59,134 nucleotides of DNA, from contig NC_068988.1 in assembly GCF_001194135.2 (NCBI RefSeq), positions 12,610,794 through 12,669,927 on the forward strand. The letters run 5' to 3'. The translations under genes and the position numbers were made by a program. The notes under the pieces are model-generated. The model saw nothing but the letters and a program-made list of their open reading frames with translations, made no database searches and was not told the DNA's origin. Below are positions 1 through 12,931 of the stretch, piece after piece. The stretch is from Octopus bimaculoides (taxonomy: Eukaryota). Positions within the stretch are counted from its first letter, which is position 1, and every line of letters starts with the position of its first letter.

Positions 1-1029
1 TCTTTGGAAGCCTAGTACTTATTCTTTCGGTTTCTTTTGCCGAACCGCTAAGTTACGGGGACGTAAACACACCGGCATCGGTTGTCAAGCGATGTTCGGG
101 GGACAAACACAGACATACAAACACATACACACATACATATATATATATACATATATACGACAGGCTTCTTTCAGTTTCCGTCTACCAAATCCACTCACAA
201 GGCATTGGTCGGCCCGAGGCTATAGTTGAAGGCACTTGCCCAAGATGCCACGCAGTGGGACTGAACCCGGGACCATGTGGTTTGTAAGCAAGCTACTTAC
301 CACACAGCCACTCCTACGCCTATATCAGCCGAAACGTGTTAACAACAAACAAGACGAGTACAAATATTCGTTGAATGTAAATAAAGTAAATAATTCCTCA
401 TCTCTTAAATATAGAACTGTAATGCATGATTAATTCAACACCTTGTGATTAGATAAACATTACATCTGACTGAATGCTAAAGGATTAAAAAAGAAACGCT
501 GAGGTCAATCTGTTTGACAAAATTAAAAAGTAAATCTACAAGGCAGTGCCCCAGCATAGCCACAATCCAATGACTTAAACAAGTAAAAAATAAAAGGCAA
601 CACACGTTTTCTAGGTTTGATCTCATTGTGTGGCACCTCAGGTGAGAATCTATTATGGCCTCAGGTTGAATAAAACTTTGAGAATGCAATATGGCAGCTA
701 AAAATTCATTCATACACATGCACACACACATACATACATACAGACGTGTACACACACACACACGCAATACTTGTATTTATGTTTGTGTGTACATGTTGAC
801 ATAAACACAGTCATCAAAAAAAAATTCAGCAGGTGTTGCATCAGTAACGTAACTTAGCCAATCAATAAATATACATCAATAAAATTAAGCTTCAGAATCG
901 CACTGGTCTCATAAGTGACTAGATGTGAGACCACATGTTGAGACTAAAACAATTACAGCATGGCAGAGTTATTCTAGCTGTTTAATAACATAAAACTGCT
1001 ACACTGACTTCTTTAAAATTATTTCATGA

Positions 1030-1350
1030 GGTGCCGGTGGCACGTAAAAAGCACCGTTCGAGTGTAGTCAACACCAATGCCACCTGACTGGCTCTTGTGT
1101 CAGTGGCATGTAAAAAGCACCATTTGAATGTGGTCGATCTGAGTGCCGCCTGCAGGTGGCACGTAAAAAGCACTCGCTACACTCGGAGTGGTTGGCATTA
1201 GGAAGGGCATCCAGCTGTAGAAACCTTGCCAAATGGGATTGGAGCCTGGTACAGCCTCCCAGCTTGCCAGTCCTCAGTCAAACCATCCAACTTATACCAG
1301 TATGGAAAGCAGATGTATGATGGTGATGGTGATGATGATGATGATGACAT
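1030..1350 (+). mobile_element. RTE-tail element with tandem GTGGCACGTAAAAAGCACC modules
   Basis: Same 3' tail and (GAT)n end. Further copies at ~5420-5690(-), 16078-16270(-), 18085-18360(-), 36980-37190(-), 47040-47223(+), 47526-47780(+), 51500-51700(-), 54250-54440(+), 55410-55740(+), 56511-56960(-). Confidence 0.8.
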
Positions 1351-1757
1351 GTCATAAAATATATTAAAGATAAATTTTAACACCTTTGTGTTATTAAATA
1401 AGGAGACTGAGATAAGTACTAGTTTGAAATAAATAGTGTAGTTGGTATGATTGACTAAAACATTTGAAATACAATACCCCAGTATAACCACAGTCCTAAT
1501 GAGAGAAACCAGTTAACTCTTTAGCATGTAAACAGGCCATATCCGGCCCAAATATTCTACCTACTTTATATTCAGATTGGCCAGATCCAGCCTTTCATAC
1601 CTACCTACACTATCATTCTAAAGATATACAAATACATCATTGAAGTCTTCAAGCTACAGGATAATGCAGGGAGTTACAGGGATATAAGTTACAGGGATAT
1701 AAACACACCAACATCAGTGTCAAGCGATGGTAGGGAGGGATAAACACAGACACACAA

Positions 1758-1798
<41 letters not shown>

Positions 1799-2312
1799 TG
1801 CAACAGGCTTCTTTCAGTTTCCATCTACCAAATCCACTCACAAGGCCTTGGTCAGCCCAAGGCTATAGTAGAAGACACTCACCACACGGTGGGACTGAAC
1901 CCGGAACTATGTGATTGAGAAGTAAGCTTTTTACCACACAGCCACTCCTGTGCCAAATTTGCTAATTACTCCAGCAAATACCAGACAATTTCATTGACTC
2001 TTATTACATATAAATGAAGAACTATATCCTGGAGGAGTGGCTGGAATCCAAAACATTATCACCAAGCTTAAGGGAAATGCCTGGTTATACATAAAATAGA
2101 GTTATATTCTAGATAAATTCCTAGTGCTACCAAAACTCCATCTCAAATACGGGGCTTTTGAGGAATTACATGTCTTAATGATTATCAAGTAAAGATATTC
2201 TGGATATCACACTTATGATTAAATTGGATGATAAGGATATGAAACTAAAAAGGTAAAATACTTCCTTAATCTGTCTGTTACAGATAAAAATTATTACGGA
2301 TTAGTATTACAG

Positions 2313-2358
<46 letters not shown>

Positions 2359-2575
2359 CACACACAGCATATACACACATAGAAATACAACTTGCACAAA
2401 TACACATGCACGTTTACACATATATATACATATGAACACAGAAACACACTCTAAGATTCACATATGTGTATATACACAAACTCACATACACACGCACAGA
2501 TCTACAACACACACACATATAAACACATTCACATACATGTATATATGCAAACCTGTACACACATAGAAACATAGC

Positions 2576-2613
<38 letters not shown>

Positions 2614-3688
2614 CATAAAAACATTCACATACATGTATATACATAAACCCACACACACATATATATACAACATGCATGCATACACATATACATGTATTCA
2701 TATATACTTTTCTACTCTAGGCACAAGGCCCAAAATTTTGGGGGAGAGGGCCAGTCAACTGGTACTTAATTTATCAACCCCGAAAGGATGAAAAGCAAAG
2801 TTGACCTCAGCAGAATTTGAACTCAGAACATAAAGACAGATGAAATACTGCTAAGCATTTCGCCCAGCATGCTAACGTTTCTGCCAGCTCCCCACCTTAC
2901 ATGTATTCATATATAATCACAAACATTCATATACGTGTATATATACACATCCATACTCACAAGACAAAGTGGATGAGAACATAAGAAGAGGAAAAGCAGG
3001 AGAAAGTAGTGACTGCTAACCAAGTAGGAAGCACACACACATTGTTAAGAAGGCCAGATAATGTACATTAATATGTATATACAGATTGGTAAATGTGTGG
3101 GTGTGAGAGAGCAAAAATGAGACTAAGTACTTGGTGTGATTGAAAATGAGAATAACAAAAATAAAAATGAAAATCTCTGGGAAAACCTGTTAGTTAATAC
3201 TAGAAAATACCAAAGGACAGGGTATTTGCAATAAGGATACCCCTATGTGGTTTCTTCAATCTGCTAAAATTAGCAACCAAATAGCCATCAAATGATACCT
3301 CTAATGTCTTAAATATAAAAGACAGAATGGTCATAGCTGGAATGCCAATGATCTAGGGCCAATTTAACACTAAACAAGATTCAAAGAGCTAAACTAGCAG
3401 CCTAACATGGGGGTGGGGGTGGGGGATGATGATGATGATGATGCCCTGACGCAATACCAGGTAGTGGCTCTCATAGCTTCTGATCTTAACTGATTGGAAT
3501 TGTTATCAGGTAAATGTTTTGCCGTCATGTAAAAGATGGGCTACAGCAAATATTCTACTTGATACCACAGATTTGCTTTTGTGCCTGACATACCCTTATC
3601 AGATGGGTAGCCATGGTGGGTATATTGGGCTTTGTATATTTGTACCCCAGCATTACTTTTATGTGATGGCATGTGCTGCCCTCTCACT

Positions 3689-3730
<42 letters not shown>

Positions 3731-3867
3731 TATCTGGATAATAACCTCACAAGGTGCATTTAAAAGTTTCTATATCAGCTACCATATGCCATCATACAGC
3801 AAGGTTATTCCTTGAGCTGGATAATCAGTGTGTGTGTCTATGTGTGTGTGTATACATACACACACGC

Positions 3868-3914
3868 ACAGAGTCTGATGAAGATTAGCAGGCCAAAACT
3901 TCAAAGTCACTGTC
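3868..3914 (+). ncRNA. Degenerate type I hammerhead ribozyme-like motif
   Basis: CTGATGA (3875-3881), short stem II, AAAAC in place of GAAAC, stem III ACT-TCAA-AGT, GTC triplet, then ACTGT pairing with the upstream ACAGAGT. Confidence 0.5.
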
Positions 3915-4769
3915 CTCTCTTGTATAAATGTCTAAGAAACATACTTTACTAAAAAAGTACTGAGTAATTTTCAGTTTAATGTTATATTGTTTTCACATAT
4001 AATGATAAAAAACAAACATAAATATATATACTAATACATCCTTTTGTTATTTACACCACCTGTCCTCGTCTGTTGTTGTTTTTTCGTACATTCTCCCACA
4101 TAAATATATATATACGTACACACACACATATATACACACATACATACAACCCGTTAAAATCCTTTTTTAAAAAAACAAATCTTCCCTTCAATCCATTTCT
4201 TTTTTTCTCAGATACCTATACTTTTTATTGCTTACTCTCTCCCTCTGCAAGTAATTATTTCCTACTTGACCCAACCACCACCACCAACATCACAAACACC
4301 ACTAACACCACCTCAGACCCTTCTGTTAACACCTCCTCTCCCACTGCCCCTCCTTCTATGATTTGCGGTTCCCATACACACTGCCTCTGTTCAGTCTATA
4401 TTTACCTGCCTTATATTTATGTAATCTCTCTTTCTCTTTACTTTGTGTGAGTGTGTGTGTGTGTGCACGTGAGCACACACACACTTCTATACTTCTTGCT
4501 CGTCTGCTCACTTGTCCATACACGCTATTTGTCCTGATTCACACGGACACTCGTTTCGACATCTGCAAAAAGTACACCGCATGCCTTGCTTTGGATCTTC
4601 ACATGACATAGCATTAACAAATGTCGTAAATGCGATGCATTCAGACTTTATGACTGTGCATTTAAGAAGTTCCCATTGCAACCATGCAGTTTCTGGGTTC
4701 AGTCCCACTATACACCTTGTAGGTCCTGTCCAATCAATGTCATATAAGCGAATTTGGGAGACAATTTAT

Positions 4770-5150
4770 ATGTGTGTGTGTGTGTGTATACATGCACACC
4801 CAAATGTAGCTAGATAGATAGACAGATGAATAGACAGATAGATACATACTAATAGATGAATAAATAGATATATATCCATACTGACAGATATATAAATAGA
4901 TATATACATACTGATAGATGGATAAATACATATATACATACTGATAGATAAATTGATAGATACATACATACATATATACATTCGTACATGTACGTACACA
5001 CATACATAGTCATGTATGTATGTACGTGCATGCAGACAGGTACATACATACATATACATACATAGACAGGTACATACATACATACAGACAGACAGACAGG
5101 TATATTTGTATGAACATACATAGACACAGAGACAGATAGAATAGACAGAC
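4770..5150. repeat. Compound tetranucleotide repeat (TAGA/TACA/CAGA)
   Basis: Directly visible. Similar tracts: (TACA)n 5742-5900, CA/TA 2310-2700, CAGA/CAGG 22630-22880, (AAC)n(AAT)n 7222-7325, (TA)n 33412-33486. Confidence 0.92.
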
Positions 5151-6254
5151 ATAAAATTGTTACTTGCACTGTATGCAGCAAAATGATGATTCGTACATTT
5201 ATATATCTCATACATTTTGGCAGATTTGTTATATCTTACGCACACACACACACACATACACACGCATATTTCCTTTATTTTTAATTTGAAATTACAAAAT
5301 GACTCAGGGGCTGAGAATTTTAAATACGCCACTTGAAAAATACCAGGCACAAAAATCTCAGCTCTTGAGTTACTTAGTTAACTTCTGCCAATTAAAAATA
5401 AAATATATATATATATATATATCATCATCATCATCATCACTATCATCGTTTAACGTCCGTTTTCCATGCTGGCATGGGTTGGACGATTTGACTGAGGACT
5501 AGTAAACCGGATGGCTGCACCAGGCTCCAATCTGATATGGCAGAGTTTCTACAGCTGGATGCCCTTTTTAATGCCAACCACTCCGAGAGTGTAGTGGATA
5601 CTTTTTACATGCCACCGGCATAGGAGCCAGTCAGATGGCACTGGCAACGACTCATGCATGAATGGAGCTTATTATGTGCCACAACTACAAGTTTCCATCT
5701 GATTGGGATTTGATTCTTTGATTTTGATTTTACTTCACTCAATACATACATACATACATACATACATACATACACAGACAGGCATGCATATACATACATA
5801 CATACATACATACATACATACATACATAGTTATGTACATTTGTACATACATGCACATATGTATGTATGTATGTACATACATACATACATACATACATACA
5901 GGTGCATGGTTTAGTGGTTAGGATCAAAAGGCAAAGTGTACCTCGGTGGGATTTGAACTCCGAATGTAAAGACAGATGGAATGCCACTAAGCATTTTGCC
6001 TGGAATGCTAATGATTACCTTTGGGGGAAGGGATTAAGTTGATTACATCGACCCCAGTGCATAACTGGTACTTATTTAATCGACCCCCAAAAGGATAAAA
6101 GGTAAAGTCGACATCAGTGGAATTTGAACTCAGAAAGTAGCGACAGGCGAAATACCACTAAGCATTTCGTCTGGCACACTAACGATTCTGCCAACTCACC
6201 ATCATAAATAAATAAATAAATAAATAAAAATTAAAATTAATAATAAAAATAAAA

Positions 6255-6332
<78 letters not shown>

Positions 6333-6570
6333 GATAATAATAATACCAGCAGCAGCTTCAAATTTTGGCACAAGGCCAGCAAATTCAGGAGAAGGTATAA
6401 GTTGATAATATCATCTCCAGTACTCAACTGGTGCTTATTCAATTGACCCCCGAAAGGATGAAAGGCAAAGTTGACCCCAGCAACATTTGAGCTCAGAACA
6501 TAAAGACAGATGGAAAAACCCTAGGCATTTTGCCCAGTATATTAACAATTCAGCCAGCTCACCACCTTCT

Positions 6571-6615
<45 letters not shown>

Positions 6616-6622
6616 TACTCAC

Positions 6623-6737
6623 CAGTCCATAAGCAACACTTCGCTCTTCCTCAGAAGTAACATCAGCAACATAAGCAAAGACAACACTAAAGGTGACAGC
6701 AAATATTCCTGACATGGACAATATGGCGAAGTACCAC
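6623..6737 (-). CDS. MFSD14A: HIAT1/MFSD14-family coding exon (115 nt, phase 2/0); the gene continues beyond position 1
   Basis: ctacaacag|GTGGTAC...GGACTG|gtgagt. The first G completes the TG|G Trp codon, then WYFAILSMSGIFAVTFSVVFAYVADVTSEEERSVAYGL. I did not find the expected next exon (VSATFAAS...) in 1-6622. Confidence 0.96.
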
Positions 6738-6878
6738 CTGTTGTAGGGGGAAGGGAAGAGAAAATAAAATAGAAATATTAACAATAATGATAATTATGAT
6801 GATTCCTTTATTAATCATCAAAGGGATTACATTAAGAAAAGCATTAAAATAATATTAATAATAATAATAATAATAATA

Positions 6879-7222
6879 ACAAGAGCACTCTGCCAAGGCA
6901 ACACCAACATCCTCTCAACGATTAGCCAGAGATGATTTTTAAAATGAGAATATCTGAAATAAACTCGATGGCTCTCACAGCCGAGAATACTAAAGATGAA
7001 CCCAACTGCTCTCAAAAATTAAGTAAAAAAACAGGAAAAATAATCCTGAATCCTTGTCCGGTTCTGGATCGATCACAAAATCTAATCAGTTTGTAACAGT
7101 CACAAGGCCAAACATCCCTGAAAGTTTCATCTGAATCCATCCGGCAGTTCTTGAGATATCTTGTCCACAGACAAACAGACACAACTCAAGACAATACCTC
7201 CACCTTCACTAAGGTGCAGGTA
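6879..7222 (-). mobile_element. Helentron-like non-autonomous element, with a short deletion removing the 3' hairpin
   Basis: Reverse-complement homologue of 44853-45173. Confidence 0.72.
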
Positions 7223-7230
7223 ATAATAAT

Positions 7231-7328
<98 letters not shown>

Positions 7329-9303
7329 CCCTTTCTACTACAGGCACAAGGCTTGAAATTTGGAGGAGGGTGTTAGTTGATATCATCGATCCCAGTATGC
7401 AAGTTGTATATATTTTGTTGACCCCCAAAAGGGTGAAAGGGAAAGTTGACCCCAGCGGAATTTGAACACAAAACATAAAATGGACGAAATAGCACTAAGC
7501 ATTTGCTCCAGCATGTTAATAATTCTACCAGTTCACTACCTTAAAATAACAACAACCACCTTTTCTTTATTATTATTCAAAGTAGCTGAAAAATAGTCTG
7601 CACATGAGCCAAAGGCAGTAATAGAGAATAATTTTAGGATTTTATGAGATTTCCCTCATAAAGATTGACCGTACTATTGAAGTGAAAAGACCCTTCACTA
7701 TCACTCTGAAAGTATACAATCACATCACTGGAATGCAGAAGTTATGAGAGAGTGAATAATTAATGGGTTAAGTCTTAATATGAAATCTAAACCAAATGCA
7801 ACCACAGTAAACATAAAAAAAATATATAAATAAAACACAGAGTTATATGAAGAATTAACAAGAATATCCCCAATTAAAATAAGGTTGCATTATTTGTTAA
7901 ACGCCTGCCTGCTGCACATCTCCATTTCCTTGAGTTTAATTGGCCAGAAAATTTAGTTAATTTTTACATATGAAATGTTTAAAACACATGTTTTAATACT
8001 GTATGTCTTTCAGAACTAACATACACACCATCAAAGTCAGTAGGTTTTTCTCTGTTGTTGTTGTTTGTGCAAGATGATGGAGAACAGAATTGTCGAACCA
8101 ACACATGACAGCACAGAAATAAACAGATGTAACATAATGATGATTGATGACAAAGTCTATATAAATAGCAAAGGTCTTCAATTATACACACATGGACATT
8201 TAAAATCTATATAACAGACACATGCAACTGCACACAAATGCAAACTTATACATTAACACACACATCCACAGGCCATGTATTTTATGTGAAAAGTATTTCA
8301 AATAAATTACAAGAATTTATGCATCCAATTATAATTTTCAATTTTATTGCACATGTTTATAGCAGCATGTTAGGTGAATGACACAATTCCTCAACTTGTG
8401 GAGAAATTAAGGAAGGCGAGACAATGATCTTTCATTGGCACTTTTCCTGGTAAATTTCTGGTAAGTTCACAGCTTCCCAACAGAAATTACATGTATGCAC
8501 AATCCAGAATTGGGGCATAATATACAAGAAACAACAAATCACAGATAATATTAAAGGATGGCTCACATAACTTCTTTATCCTTTTTAATGTTGTTGTTGT
8601 TGTTGTTGTTAAGCCCCAGGTCAGCCTTATTTGAGCAGACCTATGATCAAAGGGATTCTAGCTGTAACACCTTTTTTTTTTTTTTCTAGAAGCACAAAGC
8701 CTGAAATTTTGCAGAAGGGAGGTTAGTCAATATCATTCATTCCAACATACACACACACACACACACATACACATTTGGGGTTGGTAAAGTGAAAATATAT
8801 TTTGTTGGCTGCCTTCTCCGTCACCAACCCTCACCTGTTTCCAAGCAAGGTAATATTTCCCTATTGTCAGATATATTGTTCACAGAAGGCTGGAAACAGA
8901 ACAATCTCATTTGTATTACAGTGATGCTCGTTTACAACCATCATGTAATGTCAAGATAAGGGTACACATCAACACACACACACACACATAACACTATCAT
9001 CATCATCTAATGTCCCACACTATCCTGACACCAATCACCTTACATGGTGTGTATGTATGTATGTATGTATGTATGTATGTATGTGTGCATGTATGTATAT
9101 ACACACACACATACATGACAGGCTCTTTTTCAGTTTCCGTCTATCAGATTCAGCCACAAGGTTTTGGCTGGCTCAGGACTATAGTAGAAGACTAGGTACC
9201 TCACAGTAGGACTGAACCCTAGACCACATGGTTGGGAAGAAAGCTTCTTAACAACATAACCAACAGAACTCATTGCAAATTATAGTATTAAAGGAATACT
9301 TAC

Positions 9304-9431
9304 CAAGGACTTATCTTCATCAGTGGAATTGGAGCACATGTGAAGGAAACTGTTAGAATCAGGAAAGGTTTTCGACCCCAAACATCTGAGAGGGCTCCAA
9401 TCAATGGAGCACTCAAGAATGAGAGCATACC
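9304..9431 (-). CDS. MFSD14A: HIAT1/MFSD14-family coding exon with MFS motif A (128 nt, phase 0/2)
   Basis: ctttatttaag|GGTATG...CCTTG|gtaagt; translates as GMLSFLSAPLIGALSDVWGRKPFLILTVSFTCAPIPLMKISP(W). Confidence 0.96.
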
Positions 9432-10699
9432 CTTAAATAAAGAGAAGGAACAATAAGATGAAGACAAAGGAGTTAATATACACACTAATGTATGTAGAAA
9501 GTCTTTCAGTAAAAATCAATACAAAAAGAAAAAAAAGAAATCATACACACATACACACACAATGCCAAATGTATGCTGAAGAGTTTGCCAATGAATAAAC
9601 AACCTTTTTACTATTCATAATAGTCTGTGTACATAGAGGTATACATATAAAACCACTAGTAATATTGTCTTACTTAGCATAAAGCAAGCCCGTAAATACT
9701 AAATAATAGAAATAGAAGTCACAGTAAGACATCATGAGAAATGTGACAGGTAATGAAGATTCTCAACATGAGAAGGTTTATCGATCAACACTCATTTCTT
9801 AATGTAGTCTGGGTTGTGAGTGGTCGAAGCAAATATGCCACAATGAGAGCAACACATGACAGTGAAATGACTTATCTATTTCTTGCAGAGAATCAACAGC
9901 TGTTGAAGGCCGTGGTTTGGCAGTGTTTAGACAGCAAACTTAGCAGCTGGGATAGTAGGGCCAAAACAGTATAAGAAAGTGAATTTGCTTTGAAGGCAAA
10001 GAAGGCTGCAAAAATGTTGGCTTTGGCAGCAAGAATGTTTCTATGATAACAAAGTCAGTTAGGTAAAGTGTGAGAGAAAAGGACAGTTCCCACAGAGTGC
10101 AGGTGATGAACTTGGCAAGAAACCTATTTTGGAGAGAAAGCAATGAAAACAACTGCAAGATATGTTATCATAAACTTAAAGGCTGTTCCTCTACTCTTTC
10201 AGTCCATTATCCAGTTCTGCAACAAAGATACACACGACTAGAGCTGAGTAGAACCATCTGACAAATAACAACAGACAAGTACATCATCATCATCATCATA
10301 ATTATCATCATCATTACCACCACTACCACCACCATCACCATCAGTTTGATATCCATTTTTCCATGGGTCAGACAGAATTTGTTGAGCTAGATTTTCTGCA
10401 ACCCTTCCTGTCATCACTGTTTCCAGGTATAAGGTAATATTTCCCTACGGCTGGACATATTTTCACGGACAATTGGAATATAATGTCATTCTGAAAATAA
10501 GCAATCACATCATTGAAACCGCAAAGCTACAAGATAATGCTTTATCTATTAAAAGCAATGTGGATAAAGAAGCATTGCATTTGACAGAGTAATTTAAACA
10601 CTAACAGGTTAAAGGAAACAAGATGAAAGATGATCGTTTGAGCTGGCTGGCCTTAGAAAGGAAATGTCTCAAGAAACCAAGCCAACATATAAAAAAAAA

Positions 10700-11052
10700 A
10701 TGTCACATAAAAGGGTAAAGAGCCCTTTCGGTCAGAATGACTATGTGATTGCACCTAGAAAGTTCCCCTTCATGGCACAAGTCTGGGCAAGGTTGTTTAT
10801 AGAAGACCAGCAGTTGCCCATGCGTACCAACCTCCCTTCTCTACACCACTGATGTGATCCAAGGAAAAGGCAAAGGCCGATACAGCTTGGTGCGAGTGAC
10901 ATCGCAATTCATTTCCATTGCTGACTATGCTGGAGTAAGGTGAAATAAAGTGTTCTGCTCAAGAACACAACACACAGTCCAGTCCAGGAATCGAATTTAT
11001 TACCTTATGATTGTGAGCCCGACACTCTAACCACTGAGCCATGCACCTTCAC
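10700..11052 (-). mobile_element. tRNA-derived SINE (family E)
   Basis: Homologous to 14945-15295(-). The minus-strand head reads GTGAAGGTGCATGGCTCAGTGGTTAGAGTGTCGGGCTCACAATC...TTCGATTCCTGG. A related head is at ~24000-24125(-). Confidence 0.78.
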
Positions 11053-11368
11053 AATTACCACATATAAGTGAAATAAACAGTAGAGTTGCTTCGGTCTATG
11101 CAGAAAGTGCAGAAGCTACTCTGAGGTACTACAAGCTCTTTTCCTGAATCCCTTGCAATGTTGGAAACCCACCTGTATCATCAGCAGGTATCTCAGGGTC
11201 ACAAGTATCCGACCCTTAGCTTGTACACTTTATCTGAGTGCAGCAGCAAGAAGACAATAAAATTAATTTACAAAATTCGACATAAGGAGTTTCATACAGA
11301 TGATAGCACTCATGCAATTAATAGGTCTTCACAGTCCAGATTGACTCGGGGTTAAATAAAAACATCAT

Positions 11369-12078
11369 TGGGCTGTAACTGCTGAGGACATACGTAAGCT
11401 CGCAAGGAATGAAGCCAGTATGCTCCGTTGGATGTGTAATGTCAATGTGAATACCCGTCAGAGTGTAAGTATCTTGAGAGAAAAGCTGAACATTAGAAGC
11501 ATCAGTTGTGGCGTGCAAGAGAGACGATTGCGCTGGTATGGACATGTGGTGAGAATGGAGGAGGATAGCTGCGTGAAAAAGTGCCACACCCTAACAGTTG
11601 AGGGAACCCGTGGAAGAGGTAGGCCCAGGAAGACCTGGGCTGAGGTGGTGAGGCAAGACCTTCGTACATTGGGCCTCACCGAGGCGATGACTACGGACCG
11701 AGACCTTTGGAAATNNNNNNNNNNNNNNNNNNNNNNNNNNNNNNNNNNNNNNNNNNNNNNNNNNNNNNNNNNNNNNNNNNNNNNNNNNNNNNNNNNNNNN
11801 NNNNNNNNNNNNNNNNNNNNNNNNNNNNNNNNNNNNNNNNNNNNNNNNNNNNAAAGACACCATTTCGAGCGTGGCCGTTTTCGTGCGGGTGACACGTAAA
11901 AGCACCCACTACACTCTCTGAGTGGTTGGCGTTAGGAAGGGCATCCAGCTGTAGAAACTCTGCCAAATCAGACTGGAGCCTGGTGTTGCCATCCGGTTTC
12001 ACCAGTCCTCAGTCAAATCGTCCAACCCATGCTAGCATGGAAAGCGGACGTTAAACGATGATGATGATGATGATGATC
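11369..12078 (+). mobile_element. 5'-truncated RTE-clade LINE: C-terminus of the ORF plus 3' tail ending in (GAT)n; spans a gap
   Basis: Stop-free WAVTAEDIRKLARNEASMLRWMC...RRLRWYGHVVRM...GRGRPRKTW...DRDLWK, the typical RTE post-RT region, then the conserved tail ...GGACGTTAAAC(GAT)n. Confidence 0.88.
11715..11852. other. Assembly gap (N)
   Basis: N run inside an RTE element. Confidence 1.
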
Positions 12079-12405
12079 ATAAGCAGGTACAATGATGTGT
12101 CTTTCTCACATGTCAGCAGAGAAATGGAACTCAGCGTCGGTCAACATAGAAAGAATATATGCTGAGTAGAACAGAAACGTGATATTTTTTTTTTAAGGTC
12201 ATGAGACTAGCTTTATACTGCAAACAGGTGAATATGTGAGAACTTGATCAACAGGTGAGAAAAGACAAAAAGAAAGCATCATGCCTGATAGGAAAAAAAA
12301 ACATGAACAATGGCACTGGCAAACACACACAGGGAATTCACATTGGCTGCCGAACGATTTGTACTTTACAAAAGTAAATAAGACCAACACATTACATGTA
12401 CTTAC

Positions 12406-12468
12406 TTTCACTCCTTGAATAAGTCCATTCATCAAAAATGTATGATCAGGGAATGTGTCATTTAAGAC
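12406..12468 (-). CDS. MFSD14A: HIAT1/MFSD14-family coding exon (63 nt, phase 0/0)
   Basis: ttacttccag|GTCTTA...GTGAAA|gtaagt; translates as VLNDTFPDHTFLMNGLIQGVK (family: LHETFPKHTFLMNGLIQGVK). Confidence 0.95.
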
Positions 12469-12477
12469 CTGGAAGTA

Positions 12478-12518
<41 letters not shown>

Positions 12519-12628
12519 TGATAATGATAATAAATAACCACAACAATGGTAAAAATAACAATGTAGCGATGGGCAAAATACTACTAAGCATTTCATACAA
12601 CATGCTAACGATTCTGCCCACTCACCAC

Positions 12629-12718
12629 CTTAATAATAATAATAATAATAATTATTATTATAATAATAATAATAATTATAATAATAATAATAATAATTAT
12701 AATAATAATAATAATAAT

Positions 12719-12757
<39 letters not shown>

Positions 12758-12868
12758 TATAATAATAATAATAATAATTATAATAATAATAATTATTATT
12801 ATAATAATAATAATAATTATAATAATAATAATAATAATAATAATAATTATAATAATAATAATAATAAT

Positions 12869-12912
<44 letters not shown>

Positions 12913-12931
12913 TGATAATAATAATAATAAA
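12629..12931. repeat. Long compound (AAT)n/(TAT) microsatellite with ~21-nt higher-order periodicity
   Basis: Runs of (AAT)5-9 punctuated by TAT; the source of the poly-Asn and poly-Tyr ORFs in the track. Confidence 0.95.

Noticed and set aside
1030-1190. Regularly spaced ~19-nt repeats resembling a CRISPR array
   Set aside because: Eukaryotic DNA; the intervening sequences are homologous to each other and form part of the RTE 3' UTR modules.
3409-3425. G5TG5TG5 as a G-quadruplex; also the G run at ~49848-49861
   Set aside because: Only three tracts, or a simple homopolymer inside a SINE; no functional context.
4740-5350. 194-aa, 120-aa and similar CVCV/YVCM/HTHT ORFs throughout the window
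   Set aside because: Di- and tetranucleotide repeat artefacts.
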